Positions 9,372 to 18,248 of a DNA stretch of 64,000 nucleotides are shown here, piece after piece (the stretch's first letter is position 1; each line of letters starts with the position of its first letter). The stretch spans positions 6,438 to 70,437 of the forward strand of contig JAGOOG010000013.1 in assembly GCA_017992605.1 (NCBI GenBank). Direction: 5' to 3'. The position numbers and the translations under genes are program-made. Under the pieces are notes generated by a model, which saw only the letters and a list, made by a program, of their open reading frames with translations, made no database searches and was not told where the DNA came from. This stretch comes from Deltaproteobacteria bacterium. Lineage in GTDB: Bacteria; Desulfobacterota; Desulfomonilia; UBA1062.

Positions 9372-10245
9372 ACAGTCTCTGAGAACGTTCGTGCCCCTCG
9401 TGGCAGGCATGCTCCTCTTTCAGGGGTGTGCGTACATCTCGCTGGACCTGGGCGGCATACTCCAGTTCCAGCCCTTCGAAGAGCGGGTGATCAAGGAAGG
9501 CTCCGCGGAGAAGATCCTGGTTGTGGAGGTCCTCGGTCCCATCACGACAACGGCCCTGAGGGACGGTCTCATCCAGCGGCAGGGGACCCTCGAACGCATC
9601 GATGCAATCACCGAGATCGCGGGGAAGGACAAGCGCGTCAAGGGCGTCATCCTCAAGATCGACTCACCGGGGGGGGGAGTCACCGCCTCGGACCTCCTCT
9701 TCAGGGAGATCACGGCATTCAAGGAGAAACACAAGGTCCCCGTCGTCGCCTGCATCACCGGGCAGGGCACCTCGGGGGCGTACATGGCGGCACTGTCCGC
9801 CGACAGCATCGTCGCCCTCCCCTCGGCGGTGGTCGGAAACGTTGGTGTGCTGCTTCCGTCCATAAGCCTCGAGGGTCTCATGGACAAGCTCGGCATCAAG
9901 AACCAGACGCTGACCTCGGGCAAGCTCAAGGACTCCGGGACCTTCCTGCGCGACATGAACGAGGAGGACAGGGCCATCCTCGAGGGTATCGTGAAGGAAT
10001 TCCACCGGGACTTCGTCGCCAAGGTGAAGTCGATCCGCCCCGTGACGCCCGAAGATCTCGCGGTGATCGAGGACGGCCGGATCATGACGGCATCCACCGG
10101 CCTGAAGTATCACCTCATCGACCAGGTGGGCTACTACGAGGACGCCCTGAAGACCGTGGAATCCCTTGCCGGGACAGAGGACCCCACCGTGGTCGTGTAC
10201 CGGAGAACATCTGAGAACAAGGGCGGGTTCTATTCCTGGCCGTAA
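9364..10245 (+). CDS. sppA: Signal peptide peptidase SppA (S49 family), lipoprotein
   Basis: Lipobox LLFQGC. S49 catalytic region ...ITGQGTSGAYMAALSADSIVALP... ATG overlaps the tldD stop. Confidence 0.85.
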   Translation: MTRQSLRTFVPLVAGMLLFQGCAYISLDLGGILQFQPFEERVIKEGSAEKILVVEVLGPITTTALRDGLIQRQGTLERIDAITEIAGKDKRVKGVILKIDSPGGGVTASDLLFREITAFKEKHKVPVVACITGQGTSGAYMAALSADSIVALPSAVVGNVGVLLPSISLEGLMDKLGIKNQTLTSGKLKDSGTFLRDMNEEDRAILEGIVKEFHRDFVAKVKSIRPVTPEDLAVIEDGRIMTASTGLKYHLIDQVGYYEDALKTVESLAGTEDPTVVVYRRTSENKGGFYSWP

Positions 10246-10383
10246 TCCCGTGCCCAGTGGTGGGAGGGCACGATAAGCACACCATGTAATTCAGGATATA
10301 TCTCTGTCTAAAATCTCATATTCTCACCAGCCCCTGCCGATGAGGGTTGTAACAGTCCGGCATGCGCAGACAGGGGTGAAGCC

Positions 10384-11691
10384 ATGATGACCATCGTGCC
10401 GAGCGGGGGCATGGAAATCAAGAGATCGGGCCAGATGAAGGCCTATCTCGGTTCCTGTGTCGGCCTGTCCATTCTCGACACGAAACGCCGTATCGGGGGT
10501 ATGCACCATATCCTGCTCCCCGAGCCCCTGTGCGATATCTCCGAGTCCCAGTTCTCATCCTATGCGAGCACCGGCGTACCGCTCTTCCTCAGGTCACTGG
10601 CCGAAGAGGGTGCCCGGGTCGAGGACATGGAGGCCCACATAGCGGGGGGCGCCCTCATCGACCCCAGTTCTCGCCGGGATCTGACCATGAACATCGGGGG
10701 CCGCACCCTGGACATAACGCTCGGGATCATCAAGGAGAACGGCATCCCCATAAGGTTTCTCGAGGCAAGCGGGACCATGGGGTTCTGCATCATGCTCGAT
10801 GTCGACAGGGCCACCTGCTCCATCGAGCCTGTCATCAAGGACATCCACAAGAGATCCTCCAGACCCATGTCCATGCCGGCCCTGACGGAGATCGGCCGGA
10901 CCATAGAAGACCTCCAGCCTATCCCACAGATCGCCCTGGGCATCGCGGGCATGATCGCCGACGACAGGACCGACTTCTCCAGGGTTGCATCCGAGATCAG
11001 GAAAGACCAGGTGCTCACCGCAGAGGTCCTGAAACTCTGCAATTCATCGTACCTGGGAATGCCGAGGAAGATCGAGGCCATCGACGAGGCCATAGCGGTC
11101 CTCGGCAGCACCACGCTGCTGCAGCTGATCATCACCGCCCAGGCGGAGAAACTGCTGGTCTGTTCCGAGCAGGGATACTCCCTCATGCGCGGGGGACTTT
11201 TCTATCATGCCCTTGCCATCGCAAGGCTCAGCGAGAGACTTGCCAAGATCTCCGGGGTCGTCCGCCCGGACCTCGCATACACGGCCGGCCTGCTCCACGA
11301 TATCGGAAAGGTTGTTCTCGACCAGTACATGGCCCACGTCCAGCCCCTCTTCTACCGGATCCTGCAGGGCCACGGCGAGGACTCGAGCGTCCTGGAGCAG
11401 AAGATCTTCGGCATCGATCACAATCTGGCAGGGCTCCACCTCGCGGAGAACTGGAAACTCCCCGATGCCATCAAGGACGTGGTGCTGTTCCACCACCACC
11501 CTGACAAGGCAGAGAACAACAGGCTGCTCGTCCGCCTCGTGTACCTTGCGGATGCCCTTGCGCAGAAGTTCCTTCCCGGATTCGTGCTGGATCACGTGGA
11601 TACGGCACCGTTCGAGGAGAGCATGCGCCTTCTCGGTCTGGAACCCGACAAGGTCGTCGCGTCCCTGGACGTGCTGGCGGATATCTTCTAG
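10384..11691 (+). CDS. CheD-like deamidase domain fused to an HDOD (HD-related output) domain
   Basis: N-terminus YLGSCVGLSILDTKRRIGGMHHILLPEP matches the CheD catalytic Cys-His motif. C-terminus ...VLKLCNSSYLGMPRKIEAIDEAIAVLG...GLLHDIGKVVLD... is an HDOD domain. Confidence 0.75.
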   Translation: MMTIVPSGGMEIKRSGQMKAYLGSCVGLSILDTKRRIGGMHHILLPEPLCDISESQFSSYASTGVPLFLRSLAEEGARVEDMEAHIAGGALIDPSSRRDLTMNIGGRTLDITLGIIKENGIPIRFLEASGTMGFCIMLDVDRATCSIEPVIKDIHKRSSRPMSMPALTEIGRTIEDLQPIPQIALGIAGMIADDRTDFSRVASEIRKDQVLTAEVLKLCNSSYLGMPRKIEAIDEAIAVLGSTTLLQLIITAQAEKLLVCSEQGYSLMRGGLFYHALAIARLSERLAKISGVVRPDLAYTAGLLHDIGKVVLDQYMAHVQPLFYRILQGHGEDSSVLEQKIFGIDHNLAGLHLAENWKLPDAIKDVVLFHHHPDKAENNRLLVRLVYLADALAQKFLPGFVLDHVDTAPFEESMRLLGLEPDKVVASLDVLADIF

Positions 11692-11717
11692 GTCGGTGCT
11701 CGAGGCGATCGCGGGGT

Positions 11718-11984
11718 CTACCGGTTCTTCTTCGCCCTCTCTATGAGCTCCACGAGCTGGGAGACCTTCTGCTTGGGGGGGGAGGCGACGGCCTTGAACT
11801 CTTCCGGAGAGAGCACTTCCATCAGGTAGTCCGCGATATCGATGCGCTCGTGCCAGCAGTCCAGAATCCTCCGGCACGGCAAATCCGAGGCCGGCTCCAT
11901 GCAGTAGGTGAAGGGGACCAGGTGCCCCAGCATGGGGCACCTGGTCGTCAAATCGTCGTATCTCGTTCTGCGGTCATCTACCAT
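11718..11984 (-). CDS. Hypothetical small Cys/His-rich protein (88 aa), probable metal-binding
   Basis: [46 protein letters not shown]... has 5 Cys and 2 His in about 30 residues. Starts 1 nt after the TrpB2 stop. The track ORF 11718..12272 is over-extended. Confidence 0.5.
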   Translation of the reverse strand: MVDDRRTRYDDLTTRCPMLGHLVPFTYCMEPASDLPCRRILDCWHERIDIADYLMEVLSPEEFKAVASPPKQKVSQLVELIERAKKNR

Positions 11985-13360
11985 CTGCCGGTCTTTGCCA
12001 CCTTGGGTTTGGGCAGGCCATCGAGGGATTTCAGTGACTGCTTGAGGTCCTCCTCGGGCAGCGGGTAGTCCATGAGCTTGCCGTCCATGTAGCTCTCGTA
12101 CCCCTTGAGGTCCATGAGGCCGTGACCGCTCCAGTTGAAGAGGATGACCTTCTCCTTGCCCTCTTCCCTCGCCTTGATGGCCTCGTCGACGGCAGCTGCA
12201 ATGGCATGGGATGTTTCCGGCGCCGGGATGAACCCTTCGGTCCGGGCCCAGAGCATGGCGCTCTCGTAGCACTTGAGCTGGTTCATGGCCCTCGGCGTGG
12301 TCAGGCCTTCGACCACGGTGGCGCTCACCAACGGGGCCATGCCGTGGTAGCGCAGGCCGCCGGCGTGAATGGGGGGCGAGACGAACTCATGCCCCAGCGA
12401 GTGCATTGGCAGCAGCGGCGTCATCTTGGCCACGTCGCCGTGGTCATAGGCGAACGGGGCCCTGGTCAGGGTAGGACAGGACGACGGCTCCACGGGGATG
12501 ATGTCGATCTGGGCACCGTTGATCTTGTCGAGGACGAACGGGAAGGCGGTCCCCGCAAAGTTGCTGCCACCGCCTGCACAGGCGATGACCACGTCCACCT
12601 TCTTCTCACCGATCTTCTCGAGCTGCTTCTTGGCCTCGAGCCCGATGATGGTCTGGTGGAGCATGACGTGGTTGAGCACGCTCCCCAGGGAATAGCGCGT
12701 CTTGCCGGTGGGGTCCGTCACCGCCGCCTCGACGGCCTCGCTGATGGCGATGCCCAGGCTGCCCGGCGTGTCGGGGTCCTTGTCGAGGATGTCGCGGCCG
12801 GCCTTGGTCTGCGTGGATGGACTGGCGATGCAGTCGGCTCCCCACAGGTTCATCATGAGCTTCCTGAAGGGCTTCTGCTCGAAGCTGATGCGCACCATGA
12901 AAACCTTGCACTGCAGGCCGATGAGGGCACACGCGTAGGCCAGGGCGCTCCCCCACTGTCCTGCACCGGTCTCGGTCGTGATCTTCTCGATGCCGAACTG
13001 CTTGTTGTACCAGGCCTGGGGAATGGCCGTGTTGGGTTTGTGGCTCCCGGCCGGGGACACACCCTCGTTCTTGTAGTAGATCTTCGCAGGTGTCTTGAGC
13101 GCCTTTTCCAGATAGACCGCCCGGTGGAGGGGTGACGGCCGCCACTGGTAGAGCAGTTCCAGTACCCCCTCGGGTATGTCGATCCACCGCTGCTGGCTTA
13201 CCTCCTGCTCGATGAGGTTCATGGGAAAGACCGGCGCCAGGGCCTCCGGGGTGACAGGATTGCCGTCCGGGCCGAGCGGCGGCTGCAGGGGGGTGGGGAG
13301 GTCCGCAGCCAGGTTGTACCATTGCCTGGGTATCTCATCTTCTCTCAGAAAAACCTTCAT
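11978..13360 (-). CDS. trpB: TrpB2-type tryptophan synthase beta-like PLP enzyme
   Basis: 460 aa. The long N-terminal extension and ...GSHKPNTA... PLP-lysine region are typical of the TrpB2 clade. Confidence 0.88.
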   Translation of the reverse strand: MKVFLREDEIPRQWYNLAADLPTPLQPPLGPDGNPVTPEALAPVFPMNLIEQEVSQQRWIDIPEGVLELLYQWRPSPLHRAVYLEKALKTPAKIYYKNEGVSPAGSHKPNTAIPQAWYNKQFGIEKITTETGAGQWGSALAYACALIGLQCKVFMVRISFEQKPFRKLMMNLWGADCIASPSTQTKAGRDILDKDPDTPGSLGIAISEAVEAAVTDPTGKTRYSLGSVLNHVMLHQTIIGLEAKKQLEKIGEKKVDVVIACAGGGSNFAGTAFPFVLDKINGAQIDIIPVEPSSCPTLTRAPFAYDHGDVAKMTPLLPMHSLGHEFVSPPIHAGGLRYHGMAPLVSATVVEGLTTPRAMNQLKCYESAMLWARTEGFIPAPETSHAIAAAVDEAIKAREEGKEKVILFNWSGHGLMDLKGYESYMDGKLMDYPLPEEDLKQSLKSLDGLPKPKVAKTGRW

Positions 13361-13566
13361 GTATGATCCTCCATTGTGGGTTCGTTGTCGCCATCTTCAC
13401 TCTATGCACGCCGTCATTCTTCCCGTTCCGACGATTGCCTGGTTCACGTGGGAGACGGATGATCCCGCCCAAGGCCTCCTGACACATCCCTGGATCGCCA
13501 CTCCATCACAGCACGTCTCATGTCACGCCGCAGGCAGGACCTGGGCGGGGCAACCTCGAGGCACCG

Positions 13567-13586
13567 TGTTTCTATATAAAGAAACA
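13567..13586. promoter_or_regulatory. Inverted repeat TGTTTCT-N6-AGAAACA in the trpB2 upstream region (candidate operator)
   Basis: Perfect 7-bp arms around an ATATAA spacer. Located about 210 bp upstream of the trpB2 start, within the 340-bp intergenic region. Confidence 0.3.
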
Positions 13587-13702
13587 CATCCTCGGCGGTA
13601 TGTCAAGCGGCAATGAAATCTTTTCCATTTCTTTACCGGATGAACGTCCCTGCCTACAACCACCGGCAGCGGAACACCGTTGTACCTGAGGGCATGTCTC
13701 CC

Positions 13703-15022
13703 TCAATCCTTCTTCCTTCCCGCGAAATGCACCATGATGGGGATGCCCTCGAGCCCGCAGACCTTCTTGACGGAGTGGGCGAGGAATCGGGAATACGCTG
13801 CGGGGACAACGTCGGGATGGTTCACCACGACCTGGAACCGCGGGGGCACGATGCCCGTCTGCGCTATGTAATAGAGCTTCAGGGGCCTGTGCCTGACCAG
13901 CGGGGGGGGGTGGGAGGCGGTGATGTCTGACAGGAGGCGGTTGAGTCTGCCCGTCGAGACCCGTGTCGTCGTCTTGCCGAAGAGCGTGTCGATGAGCGGA
14001 TAGAGTCTGTCCACGTGCTCTCCGGTGAGCGCCGAGGCGAAGACCACGTGTGCGTCGGGCATGAACCGGAGGGCTTGCCTGGTCTTTTCCTTGATGGCCC
14101 TCGCCTCCTTCTCGCCCACGAGGTCACACTTGTTCACGACCACGACGAAGGCCCTGCCATGGTCCATGATGATGCCGCAGAGTCTCTTGTCCTGGTCGGT
14201 CATGCCCTCGTAAGGATCCACGAGCAGCAGGCACACATGGGACTTGGCGATGTTCTGCAGGGACCGCATGACGCTGGCGCGCTCGATGGAGTCGTCTATG
14301 CGGGATTTCCTCCGGATGCCGGCGGTGTCTACGAAGACGTAGTCCCTGTCCTTGTGCCTCACCGTAATGTCCACGTAATCCCTGGTCGTGCCTGCCTCTG
14401 GCGACACGATGGCCCGATCCCGGCCGATGATCCGGTTGAGCAGCATGGACTTGCCCACGTTGGGCCTGCCGAGTATGCTGACGCGCACAGCGCCGGTCTC
14501 CTCCTCCATGGAAGGCGTCAGGAGGGTCCCCAGCTTCTGCCGCAGGGCATCCTTGAGCTCGGCAATGCCCCGTCTGTTGAGCGCCGATATCTCGAGGGGT
14601 TCGTCGATGCCCAGCTCGAAGAACGCGGCGGACACGTGGGAGAGCGAGGGGTCGTCGACCTTGTTGGCCGCGAAGACCACCTGTGCACTGCTCCTGCGCA
14701 GGATGTTCACCAGTTCCCTGTCGTCGGGCGTGGGCGGCTGCCGTCCGTCGAAGAGGCAGACGATGACGTCCGCGTCCGCTATGGCGAGCATGGTCTGTTC
14801 GCGCACCGACACGGAGTGCTCGATGTCGCCGATGGTGTCGAATCCTCCCGTGTCCACGAGGTCGACCTCCATCCCCTCGCCCACGTTCCACCTGCCGTAT
14901 ATCCTGTCACGGGTTATGCCGCGCTGGGGGCCGACGATGGCTCTGCGCTCCCCGACGAGCAGGTTGAAGAGGGTCGACTTGCCCGCGTTGGGTCTGCCCA
15001 CTATGGCTACAACCGGCATTAT
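13703..15022 (-). CDS. der: Ribosome-associated GTPase Der (EngA), tandem GTPase domains
   Basis: Two G-domains (GRPNAGKSTLFN and GRPNVGKSMLLN) plus a KH-like C-terminus. ATG at 15022 overlaps the era stop. Confidence 0.95.
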   Translation of the reverse strand: MMPVVAIVGRPNAGKSTLFNLLVGERRAIVGPQRGITRDRIYGRWNVGEGMEVDLVDTGGFDTIGDIEHSVSVREQTMLAIADADVIVCLFDGRQPPTPDDRELVNILRRSSAQVVFAANKVDDPSLSHVSAAFFELGIDEPLEISALNRRGIAELKDALRQKLGTLLTPSMEEETGAVRVSILGRPNVGKSMLLNRIIGRDRAIVSPEAGTTRDYVDITVRHKDRDYVFVDTAGIRRKSRIDDSIERASVMRSLQNIAKSHVCLLLVDPYEGMTDQDKRLCGIIMDHGRAFVVVVNKCDLVGEKEARAIKEKTRQALRFMPDAHVVFASALTGEHVDRLYPLIDTLFGKTTTRVSTGRLNRLLSDITASHPPPLVRHRPLKLYYIAQTGIVPPRFQVVVNHPDVVPAAYSRFLAHSVKKVCGLEGIPIMVHFAGRKKD

Positions 15023-15900
15023 CGATACCCCAGGTCTCTGAGCCGCTTCGGATTCTTCGACCAGTCCCTGCTCACCCGCACGAAGAGCTCGAGGAAGACC
15101 CTGCACCCCAGGAGTCGTTCTATCTCGTGGCGCGCCTGGGTCCCGATCTCCCGGAGCATCCTGCCGCGGGCTCCGATGACGATTGCCTTCTGAGACGGTC
15201 GCTCCACGTGGATCACCGCCCCGATGTGGGCCGGGTCGGTCTCCCGGAACTCCTCGATCTCCACGGCCACCGCATAGGGGATCTCCTTGGAGGTCAGCGT
15301 GAAGACCTTCTCCCTGATGAGCTCCTGGCAGAGAAATCTCAGGGATGCATCCGTGATCATGTCTTCGGGGAAATAGCGGGGTCCCTCGGGCAGGCGGGCC
15401 TTGATCTCGTCGAGGAGGGGATCGATGCCGTCGCCCGTGGTGGAGGATACCGCGCAGGAGTGGACGAAACGGTGCCCGGCCCCGAGCTCACGGAGCTTGT
15501 GCAGCGCCGTCTCTCTCCCGATCAGGTCGGCCTTGTTGAGCACCAGGATGGCCTCCCTGCCGGCCTGTGATACGTGGTCCATCACGCTGCGGAGCTTCTC
15601 GGGTGTCTCGAGCGGGTCGGCCACGACCAGCGCCAGGTCGGCGTCGTGGATGGTCGATACGGCCTTCTCCAGCATGTACCTGTTCAACTCCTTGTCCGGG
15701 GAGTGGATCCCCGGCGTGTCGAGGAATATAACCTGGGCGTCCGGGGCGTTGTAGATGCCGAGAATCCGGTCCCTCGTGGTCTGGGGCTTGCTCGTGGTGA
15801 TGGAGAGCTTGGTTTCGAGCACCCGGTTCAGAAAGGTGGATTTGCCGACATTGGGCCTTCCTATGATGGCGACGAACCCTGAGGTGAAGCGATCGGTCAT
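15019..15900 (-). CDS. era: GTPase Era
   Basis: 293 aa. GRPNVGKSTFLN P-loop and a C-terminal KH domain. Confidence 0.95.
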   Translation of the reverse strand: MTDRFTSGFVAIIGRPNVGKSTFLNRVLETKLSITTSKPQTTRDRILGIYNAPDAQVIFLDTPGIHSPDKELNRYMLEKAVSTIHDADLALVVADPLETPEKLRSVMDHVSQAGREAILVLNKADLIGRETALHKLRELGAGHRFVHSCAVSSTTGDGIDPLLDEIKARLPEGPRYFPEDMITDASLRFLCQELIREKVFTLTSKEIPYAVAVEIEEFRETDPAHIGAVIHVERPSQKAIVIGARGRMLREIGTQARHEIERLLGCRVFLELFVRVSRDWSKNPKRLRDLGYR

Positions 15901-15902
15901 GC

Positions 15903-18248
15903 CTACGTGAGATCGAGCTGCATCTGCCGCGCGAAGGGGGTCCTCTGGGGGAGCGTCACCGTCACCGTCGTACCTTTGCCTTGCTCGCTGGAAACCTCCA
16001 GGGTGCCGCCATGGCGCTTGACGATGCCATAGCTCACGGAAAGGCCGAGCCCCACGCCCTTGACCATGGGCTTCTTGGAGTAGAACATGTCGAAGATCTG
16101 GGGCACGTCCTCCCGGGCGATGCCGACACCCGTGTCACGGAAGGTCACGGCCACCGCGCTGCCGTCATCGAGCGGATGCGCCTGGACGTGGAGTTCGCCG
16201 CCGTCGGGCATGGCCTCGACCGCGTTGGTGATGACGTTGATGAATACCTGCTTGACCTGGTCCGGCACGCACTCGATGGAAAAGGCGTTCGATGGGCTGA
16301 ACACGAGCTTCACCATGTTCTCTTCGAGGTATTTCCTGTTGAGGATGAAGACCTCCCGGAGAAGCTCGGCGACGTCCGCCTCCAGGGCCCTCCCCTCGTG
16401 GGGCTGGTAGAAGGCCTTCATGTTCCTTATCAGGTCCGCGATCCGGTCGGTTTCCTTGACCGCGAGCCTGACGAACTGGTGGTCTATGGCCCCCTTCTCC
16501 GCGCCCAGCACGTGGTTCAGGCAGCTCCTGATGCCGTAGAGGGGGTTGTTGATCTCGTGGGCGATGCTCGCCGAGAGCTTGCCCATGGCTGCGAGCCGCT
16601 CGGCCTGAATGAGGGCGGTCTCCATCTTCTTCTTCTCGGTCAGGTCCACGACGATGGCGGAAATCCCGAACATTTCTCCGGCCTCGTCCTGCAGGGCATT
16701 CATGGTGACGCTCACGTCGAGCGTGTCACCGGCCCTCGTCTTCCACTTCGTCTCATGCTCCCTGACCGGCCCCGAGGATTTCACCCCGGAGAGCATGTTC
16801 CGCGCCTCTGTGACGGCATCATCAGGCACCACGATGGATAGGTCCCTGCCGAGGGCTTCCTCCTCGGGCCACCCGAACATGGCGCTCGCACCCCTGTTCC
16901 AGGAAAGGATCGTGCCCGCGGTGTCGAGCCCGATGAGGGCGTCGACGCTGAAGTGCTCTATGTTGGACAGGAGCTGCAGCCGCTTTTTCTTGGCGATGTC
17001 ATCGCTGATGTCCCTGGCGACGCACACCGTCTCGGGTCTGCCCCTGTCGCCGATCCTGACCAGGTCGGCTCGGTAGTACTTCCGCCCCGCCGGTGTGTCT
17101 ATGGCCAGGTCGAAGGGTTCATGATAGGCGCTGCCGTTCATGGCGCCGATGATCTCCTGGAGGCGTTTCTCGGAGGCCTCGTCGGTGATGAACGCGCCGC
17201 AGTGAATCCCGTGGACCTTGTCCGGGGTCATGCCGAGCGTCGAGAGCCCTTTGCGGTTCATGTAGACGATCCGCGCATCGCCGTCGAGGGAGAAGATGAT
17301 GTCGCTCGAGTCCTCAACGATATGCTTGTAGCGCTCCTCCGATTCCATCAAGGCCCGTATCTTCTGGCTCACGCCGCCTGCGAGACGCTCGTTGAATTCC
17401 TGGATCTTGCTGTTGGCGTTCTTGAGCTCCTGTTCGGCCGCCTTCTGCTGGGTGATGTCCTCGGCCACGATGTCGATCCCGGCAAGCGCCCCATGGTCGT
17501 CGTAGTCGAGGAAGACGCGGTAGGAGAGATGGAGAACCTGCCTCGACCCGGAATACACCCTCACCTCTCCCTCGTCACGTTCCGCCCTTTCCCTGATGAG
17601 TCTCCTGAACTTGTCGAGGACATTCCGGTCGTCGGCGTAGATGATGTCGTCCCAGGAAAGCTTCGTGCCCTGAAGGCTGCCCGGGGCATATCCCAGCATC
17701 CTCTCCGCTTCGGCAGTGCTGTAAACGCAGGTGCAGCCGGCGTCGAGCCACACGATCATGTCCTTGGCGTGATCGGTGAGCTTTCTGAGCCGTGTCTGGA
17801 GCTCCTCGACCTGCCTCGTCTTTTCGTCGATGTCTGACAGGTCCGCCTTCTTCCTGTACTCGCTGAGGCTCACCATGGAGCCCCTCACCTCCAGCGCCTT
17901 GTCCACGTTCTGCTTGAGCTCGCTCGGGAGAAAGGCGCCCTTGCGGAGATACCTGAACACATTGGATGACATGGCCTGGTCCATGGGCCAGTCGTCCTCG
18001 AAGGCGGTGATGACGATGACCATCATGTCCGGGTCGAGCTCGGCATGGACCTTTTCCACCAGGGCCCTCCCGTCCATGTCGGGCATGCGGAGGTCGGTGA
18101 TCATGAGGGTGAAGGATTTCTCCTGGATGGCCCTGATGGCCTCCAGCGGACCGGGTACGGCGGTCACGTCGTAATCATATTTCAGGACCTGGTAGAGATA
18201 GTTCCTGAAAACAAGGTCGTCCTCGACGATCAGAATCCTCTGTTCCAT
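15903..18248 (-). CDS. Receiver-PAS-histidine kinase hybrid sensor
   Basis: N-terminal REC (ILIVEDDLVF...TDLRMPDMDG), PAS repeats, HisKA (AHEINNPLYGI) and HATPase_c (GVGLGLSVSYGIVKRHGG). The real start is MEQRIL at 18248, 1 nt into the upstream stop. Confidence 0.85.
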   Translation of the reverse strand: MEQRILIVEDDLVFRNYLYQVLKYDYDVTAVPGPLEAIRAIQEKSFTLMITDLRMPDMDGRALVEKVHAELDPDMMVIVITAFEDDWPMDQAMSSNVFRYLRKGAFLPSELKQNVDKALEVRGSMVSLSEYRKKADLSDIDEKTRQVEELQTRLRKLTDHAKDMIVWLDAGCTCVYSTAEAERMLGYAPGSLQGTKLSWDDIIYADDRNVLDKFRRLIRERAERDEGEVRVYSGSRQVLHLSYRVFLDYDDHGALAGIDIVAEDITQQKAAEQELKNANSKIQEFNERLAGGVSQKIRALMESEERYKHIVEDSSDIIFSLDGDARIVYMNRKGLSTLGMTPDKVHGIHCGAFITDEASEKRLQEIIGAMNGSAYHEPFDLAIDTPAGRKYYRADLVRIGDRGRPETVCVARDISDDIAKKKRLQLLSNIEHFSVDALIGLDTAGTILSWNRGASAMFGWPEEEALGRDLSIVVPDDAVTEARNMLSGVKSSGPVREHETKWKTRAGDTLDVSVTMNALQDEAGEMFGISAIVVDLTEKKKMETALIQAERLAAMGKLSASIAHEINNPLYGIRSCLNHVLGAEKGAIDHQFVRLAVKETDRIADLIRNMKAFYQPHEGRALEADVAELLREVFILNRKYLEENMVKLVFSPSNAFSIECVPDQVKQVFINVITNAVEAMPDGGELHVQAHPLDDGSAVAVTFRDTGVGIAREDVPQIFDMFYSKKPMVKGVGLGLSVSYGIVKRHGGTLEVSSEQGKGTTVTVTLPQRTPFARQMQLDLT

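Noticed and set aside
10250-10275. 7-bp hairpin CGTGCCC...GGGCACG after sppA
   Set aside because: No U-tract follows, and it is indistinguishable from a random GC-rich palindrome.
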